Shown here in pieces: positions 56,872-64,000 of a stretch of 64,000 nt of DNA. The DNA is from the human T2T-CHM13v2.0 reference genome, Homo sapiens, in NCBI RefSeq assembly GCF_009914755.1, contig NC_060937.1; one strand, written 5' to 3'. Below the pieces are notes generated by a model, which saw only the letters and a program-made list of their open reading frames with translations, was not told where the DNA came from and did no database searches. Made by a program: the position numbers and the translations under genes. Numbering within the stretch: position 1 is the first letter of the stretch; every line of letters starts with the position of its first letter.

Positions 56872-58025
56872 TTAATTTCTTTTCTGAATCTTCCCAAGAA
56901 TATACTATTTTCTACACTTTAAAAAAAAAGAGATGTCATTTTTTTGTAGACATTCCAGATGACAACTTAAGAAAATTATAATAATCTCAATTATTCAAAC
57001 TTAACTGTATTTTCTAGCAAGAAAATGACAATGATTATGCTGCAAGGGAGAAAAAAATCATGACACTTATAAGACAGAAAGGACTGGAATGTTTAATAGA
57101 AGGACTGTCTCAATTTAAAATCTTTTTTTTTTTTTACATTTTTCATCTTTTTGTTTTACTTTTATTTTCCTCATGCCACCTTGTCTAAGATAAAACCTTT
57201 TTCTAACCAACCTCTTTGATCTTGTAATTCAGAAACTAATTCGTGTAAGTGGCAAAATAGCAGGAGCAGGTAATGTCCATCCCAAACATGAAAGCACACT
57301 AAATAGCAGTATGTGGTTGACAAAAACTTGACCAGATTTGGATTGACTTTTTGGGCACATCTCACCAACTGCAGATTACCCATCCCCAAAATTATAGTCA
57401 CCCTTAGTGCTTTCAGCATGGTAACACAGCACCTTCAGAAGTTATTTTGAAGTGGAGATAACTACTAATATTTCCCCTTCCTCCAATAAGGCTGCTACCT
57501 TACGTCTCCTGTTTTATGTTTCATCCACTGTCAATATAGTTGCAGCTTGATCCTCTCTTTTGCTGTCTAATTATCCCAGCTCTTTCCAAGCCTGTATGTT
57601 CACTGTTGGGTGCGTAGTGCTTTGTCTTTAGCATCTAAGAGAACTGGAATTGTCTTTCTCAGGCTGGAACCTTTGTGGAAATCCTAATGGCTCTAAAGAG
57701 TTTGCTTCTGGCCAGCCCTGATAAAATGGTATATAAATCCAAAGCTTTAGAAGCATCACATTATTATCTCGTACTTTAAAAAATTATCAATTTATTATTT
57801 CAAAAGACGAAAGAAACACAGTCCCTAGCAACAATGGCTTCACAGAAAACCAAATTTATAAAACCCATGGCCTATATCATTACTTATAAACCATTAAAGA
57901 TGTGAAAATATGTGGCAGAGGTTTCTAAGGATAAATACATTTTAAATTAAATCTATGTCTGTACATAGTCACCTAAGAATCTTCAAAACCACATATATCT
58001 AGTATAATAAGACGAGTATGTTTAC

Positions 58026-58112
58026 CTGGAACCCAGGTCAGTGGAGCACATACAGCATTACTTGCACTGATCCTATGTGCATACTTAATTATTTCTTCAG
58101 AGGAGATAGCAC
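58026..58112 (-). CDS. MED4: MED4 exon 5
   Basis: ctttcag|GTGCTATC...GTTCCAG|gtaaa; encodes [29 protein letters not shown]; 87 nt. Confidence 0.96.
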
Positions 58113-58926
58113 CTGAAAGAGTTTTAAGAGGACAGTATAACCTGTAGTCTAACAAACATACAAGTTTAGAAATGTATCTATCAGTTACACATCGTATTTA
58201 ATTTTAAATTATCTGAAAATAAAATAATCTCAGTCACCTGCCTTCCTTAACAATACCTACATGTTTAGTATAAACTTAAATCTCCAAAAACAGGACACTA
58301 ATCCAGAAAAATTAGCTGACATAAACAAATTTCGGAGATTAGCACCATAGCACTCAATAATCTCAATTATTAACTACCGTTAAATACCATTCCTCTTCTG
58401 AAAGCATAGTGAGCACAAATAAAATAGAGAAAACAGTGTTTCATTTCTCAAAGACATCCAAGCTATGAAATCAGAGCAGACAGTTCACACCACTCTGTTC
58501 GATCAATATGCCCTAAGGCTCTTAAGTAGACCTAAATAGAAAGATGTCTACAATGTATTCATTAGGTAAAAAAAAAAACTAAACTGCTAAATAATATGTA
58601 CGGTATGACCCGACTGTTCAAAATGTATGTACATATGTGTATTTGTATTTTTATTACATACATACTCACAGATCTAGAAAAAAAAAATCTAGGACATATA
58701 CCAAACATTAATAGTTACCTCTGAGAAGTGAGAACCACACACTTCATTTTACAAACTTTAGATACTGTTTCAATGTAACAAAGTGTATGTGTGTACAGTT
58801 TTTGAAGATTAAAAACAGAATCAAACAACGGTCTAGAAGTCAACAGCCAGCCTCAGCCATCTCTCCTAGAGATTTGTTTCTTGCTACAGAAGCCTAACCT
58901 AACTCTCAAAAGAATATTAGCTATTT

Positions 58927-59231
<305 letters not shown>

Positions 59232-59751
59232 CTATTTAACAGAAGCCTTTGAAAAAGGGACAGCAGGGCAGGAAGGCATGTGGGCCTCTGCACCACCAAA
59301 TGTGCTTATATGCCAAGGGTATAACTGGCTCTGACTTCATGTACGTCTGGCTCTGACTTCATGATGTTTCAGTCCCAGCGCAGTTGCCCAATGGATGTCT
59401 TTTCACTCTCTCTGTCCTAACCTTCAAGATTTGGTACAAATCCCACTTCTAACCCATACTTCTCTTTCCCTCTCCCACCAATTTTATAAACTCACTGTTT
59501 TTACTGCACATTTGGGCACACAGCCATAAACTGCCTTGTATTAATTGCTTTTTATAATCTGAAAAAAGATGTGATACTTCTACCTCCCTCACAAAACCCA
59601 GCACAATGCTAGAACACAACACACTTTACAATAAAAATTTACTGAATCTTTTCAACAGCAGCAAATGATTATCAGTAATATCCTCTTGTATTGGTTTCCT
59701 GAAACCAGAACCTTAACTTTTCAGGTCATTCAGTCTTCCCATGATACTAAC

Positions 59752-59809
59752 CTTTTCTTGCTTTTTCTATTGACTTGAGTTTCTCCTTCGCTTGGTAAAC
59801 AGCTGTTGC
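59752..59809 (-). CDS. MED4: MED4 exon 4
   Basis: aattag|GCAACAGCT...AGAAAAG|gttagt; encodes ATAVYQAKEKLKSIEKARK; 58 nt. Confidence 0.96.
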
Positions 59810-60359
59810 CTAATTTAAACAACATTTAAAAAACGTGGTTTATTCTTCAACTATATCAAACTTAGTTTTTGGCTTAATTCACAAGATCCTTTAGCCTACA
59901 AGAACAATCTTTGAAACTTGGAAATCCCAACAATTTATTTGTAATGTTCTGAAATACCACTTGACATTATTTATTTCAGTCATATTTAATGAAAGAAATA
60001 TTATATTTATGAACTAGTCTCCCATTCACAAATTAGTTGTAGAAACAAAACATAAATTGGATTGTCTTTTTCTTCACGTCTTCTACCATAAACATGCAGA
60101 AGACACCCAGACTATGGACGACCCCAAAAGCATCCTATTCTTGCAACTAGTTCAAGAATAAAATACGCTTTTTTCCCCTAGTTTGGAAGATACAACCTTG
60201 AATTCATATTCTTATTCGTTTATATATCAGCTCAATGTTTAATGACTTTATCACAAAAACACTCCCTCCAAGCCCTCAGGTACACTAAAGGACAAAATGA
60301 AGTTAACCTAGTATATGCATATCTTCGACTATGACACTGTGGTTAAGAGTATGGAGTCA

Positions 60360-60690
<331 letters not shown>

Positions 60691-61246
60691 TTAAATTCAA
60701 TCTACTTTTTAGCCTCCATGGGCAAGTTAGTTATTAAAGTATTGGTTTCTTCCTCTAAATGACGACACTGACTTGATATAAACTGTTATGAAGATGGAAG
60801 TAATGCATATAAAATGCAAGGCACAGGGCCTGGTGCCTAAGTGCTCAATCAATGTTAGTTACTACTATTTAAGTCATGAAATTCAGTTTTATGGTCCTGT
60901 GTTCACTGTCTTTAATTATTTATAACACAAAGTGGGAAAATCAAACAAAGTGGATACAATTATATGAAAAATGCTTAAGTTTCAATAAACAGTAATTGAA
61001 AGTCTGTTAGTATCCTGCTAACTACAATTACCTAAAAAATTAATACACCTGAGACTCAAAGGAAATAGACCAAACTATGAATAGTGGCATTCTTTCCGCA
61101 GCTGAACTAAAGACAATTTTTTCCCTCTTCTTTCCATTTTTCTGTATTTTCTGAATTTTGTTTGATAAGCAAGTATTACATACATAAGGATTTTTATATA
61201 CATATTTACAGATTTTAATATATATATAATACATACAAACATATAA

Positions 61247-61851
<605 letters not shown>

Positions 61852-62642
61852 TGATTTTAATATATTTTTAAAAACTATTTACTAGTGAGTTGTTTCCTTA
61901 GTAGAGGTGATTAATTTACCCTGAACTGCCCAGGCTTCTAGTTACTGGAGCTCATTTTAATACATTTGTTAAGAGATTAATCAGTGGTAAGGATGCCAGC
62001 AATGTCTGGTCGACATGAGAATCAAGCTCAGCTATTTCTGCAATACTATCATGTTATATTAGTTAGTATTTAGTGAAGTAACTGGGCAAATAATAGCAAA
62101 TAAGTTGCCTCTTTGAAATAGTAGCCAAGAACAGCAAAGGGAAAACTAGGATCCTTGATCTATGTCCAAATCCTACCTAGATGAGGATGAATGACTAAAT
62201 TAATGTCAATTTTAATCAATTTATAAAATGTGTATATATTTTTATTGATTTCAAAATATATAAAAAATGAAAAATTTCCCTGATTTTTATGCTAAGGATC
62301 AGAGACCAAAAAAAAAAAAAGAGAGATTTAGACTACTGATAATTAAAATTTATATCAGACCAGGATAAAAGTAAAACTTTCCATTTCTATAATTCAATAC
62401 TGTAAAATCTTTAAGCATCGAAAATGTGGCTCACAAGTAATGCAGACTATTTGAAAACAGTAAGTAAAAAAGAGAATGACAATAGCCTTTCATTTAACCA
62501 CTGGCAATGGTGAGTGACAAGATATCACCTTTAGACTTGGAAAGTCTAGTTTTCTGCTCTTCAAAATATTGATAACAGATTTTTCAGAAACAGATTAAAC
62601 AACATCCTTTTTAACCTTAAGAACCAACCTCTGTCAACTTAC

Positions 62643-62813
62643 CAGTATTTGTTCTGCTTCCTTTAGCTGTTTTTGTAGCTGCTGAATATCACTGTCTCTC
62701 TTCTCTACTTCTTTTTCTAAAACTTGCATTTCATGATGAATTTTTCCCTGATTAAGTGCCAATTTCATTAGTTCTTGAAATTCCCCATCTCGGTGAATTA
62801 ACAACTCCAGGAC
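62643..62813 (-). CDS. MED4: MED4 exon 3 (Mediator subunit 4)
   Basis: Minus strand ctgacag|GTCCTGGAG...CAAATACTG|gtaag; encodes [57 protein letters not shown]; 171 nt. Upstream exons lie beyond the window end. Confidence 0.96.
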
Positions 62814-63127
62814 CTGTCAGATAACAGTCAATTAAATCAGACAATAGACTACTGAAAGGCTGCATTCCAATGAAACAAAGAATCCGTAACTGAATTGGCT
62901 AGGCTATAAATTTCAACACCTTCAAAATTTTATTCCTAATTCTTGTTAAGAATAAAAAGAGCCTACCTATGATTATTTTGGGAAACATTAATATCAAACT
63001 TTTCTACTTTTTCAGATATTCTTTCATACAAAACAAAATAAAACTAGCCTTTCAGAACTAGCAATATGGCAACATGAGCAAGTTTAGTGATTTCCTAGGG
63101 AAGACACGATTTTAAAGTTTATCCTTA

Positions 63128-63730
<603 letters not shown>

Positions 63731-64000
63731 TATATATGTATATATAAATAATGAAAGTTCTCCCAAAATTTGGTATTTGAGATGATTTTAGGTGGCACCA
63801 AGAACTTAAGAAAACTTTTACACTTACACATTTGTGCTAATATATATTAGAAAAAACTGAGACACTGAAACTCTGAGTTTATGCACAGTATTGTTTACAA
63901 TGAAGATGATCTTAAAAATACGGTGATTTCGGCCAGGCGCAGTGGCTCATGCCTGTAATCCCAGCACTTTGGGAGGCCGAGGTAGGCGGATCACAAGGTC

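Overview
Human (primate) genomic DNA matching the chr13q14.2 NUDT15-MED4 interval. It holds the complete NUDT15 gene (+ strand; CDS 14140-14297, 17304-17500, 22044-22183; 164 aa) with reference-type codons at the V18, GV-repeat and R139 pharmacogenetic sites. It also holds the last five coding exons of MED4 (- strand; 62643-62813, 59752-59809, 58026-58112, 56224-56355, 53519-53691), convergent with NUDT15. The rest is mostly transposon-derived: a 5.9 kb internally deleted HERV-H provirus, an independent solo LTR7 only 575 bp upstream of it, a 6.1 kb MER4-group ERV1 element with both LTRs, several MaLR/ERV solo LTRs, L1 fragments, DNA transposon remnants and about 30 Alus, including a near-consensus AluYa5 in NUDT15 intron 1. 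I cannot support a wholly new biological system. The best leads are: both NUDT15 3' ends appear to be transposon-donated, one giving a truncated isoform lacking R139; the tandem HERV-H cluster has asymmetric promoter and splice damage; NUDT15 and MED4 may have convergent distal poly(A) signals; and the AluYa5 may be polymorphic. Repeat subfamily names come from recalled consensus sequences and need RepeatMasker/Dfam confirmation.
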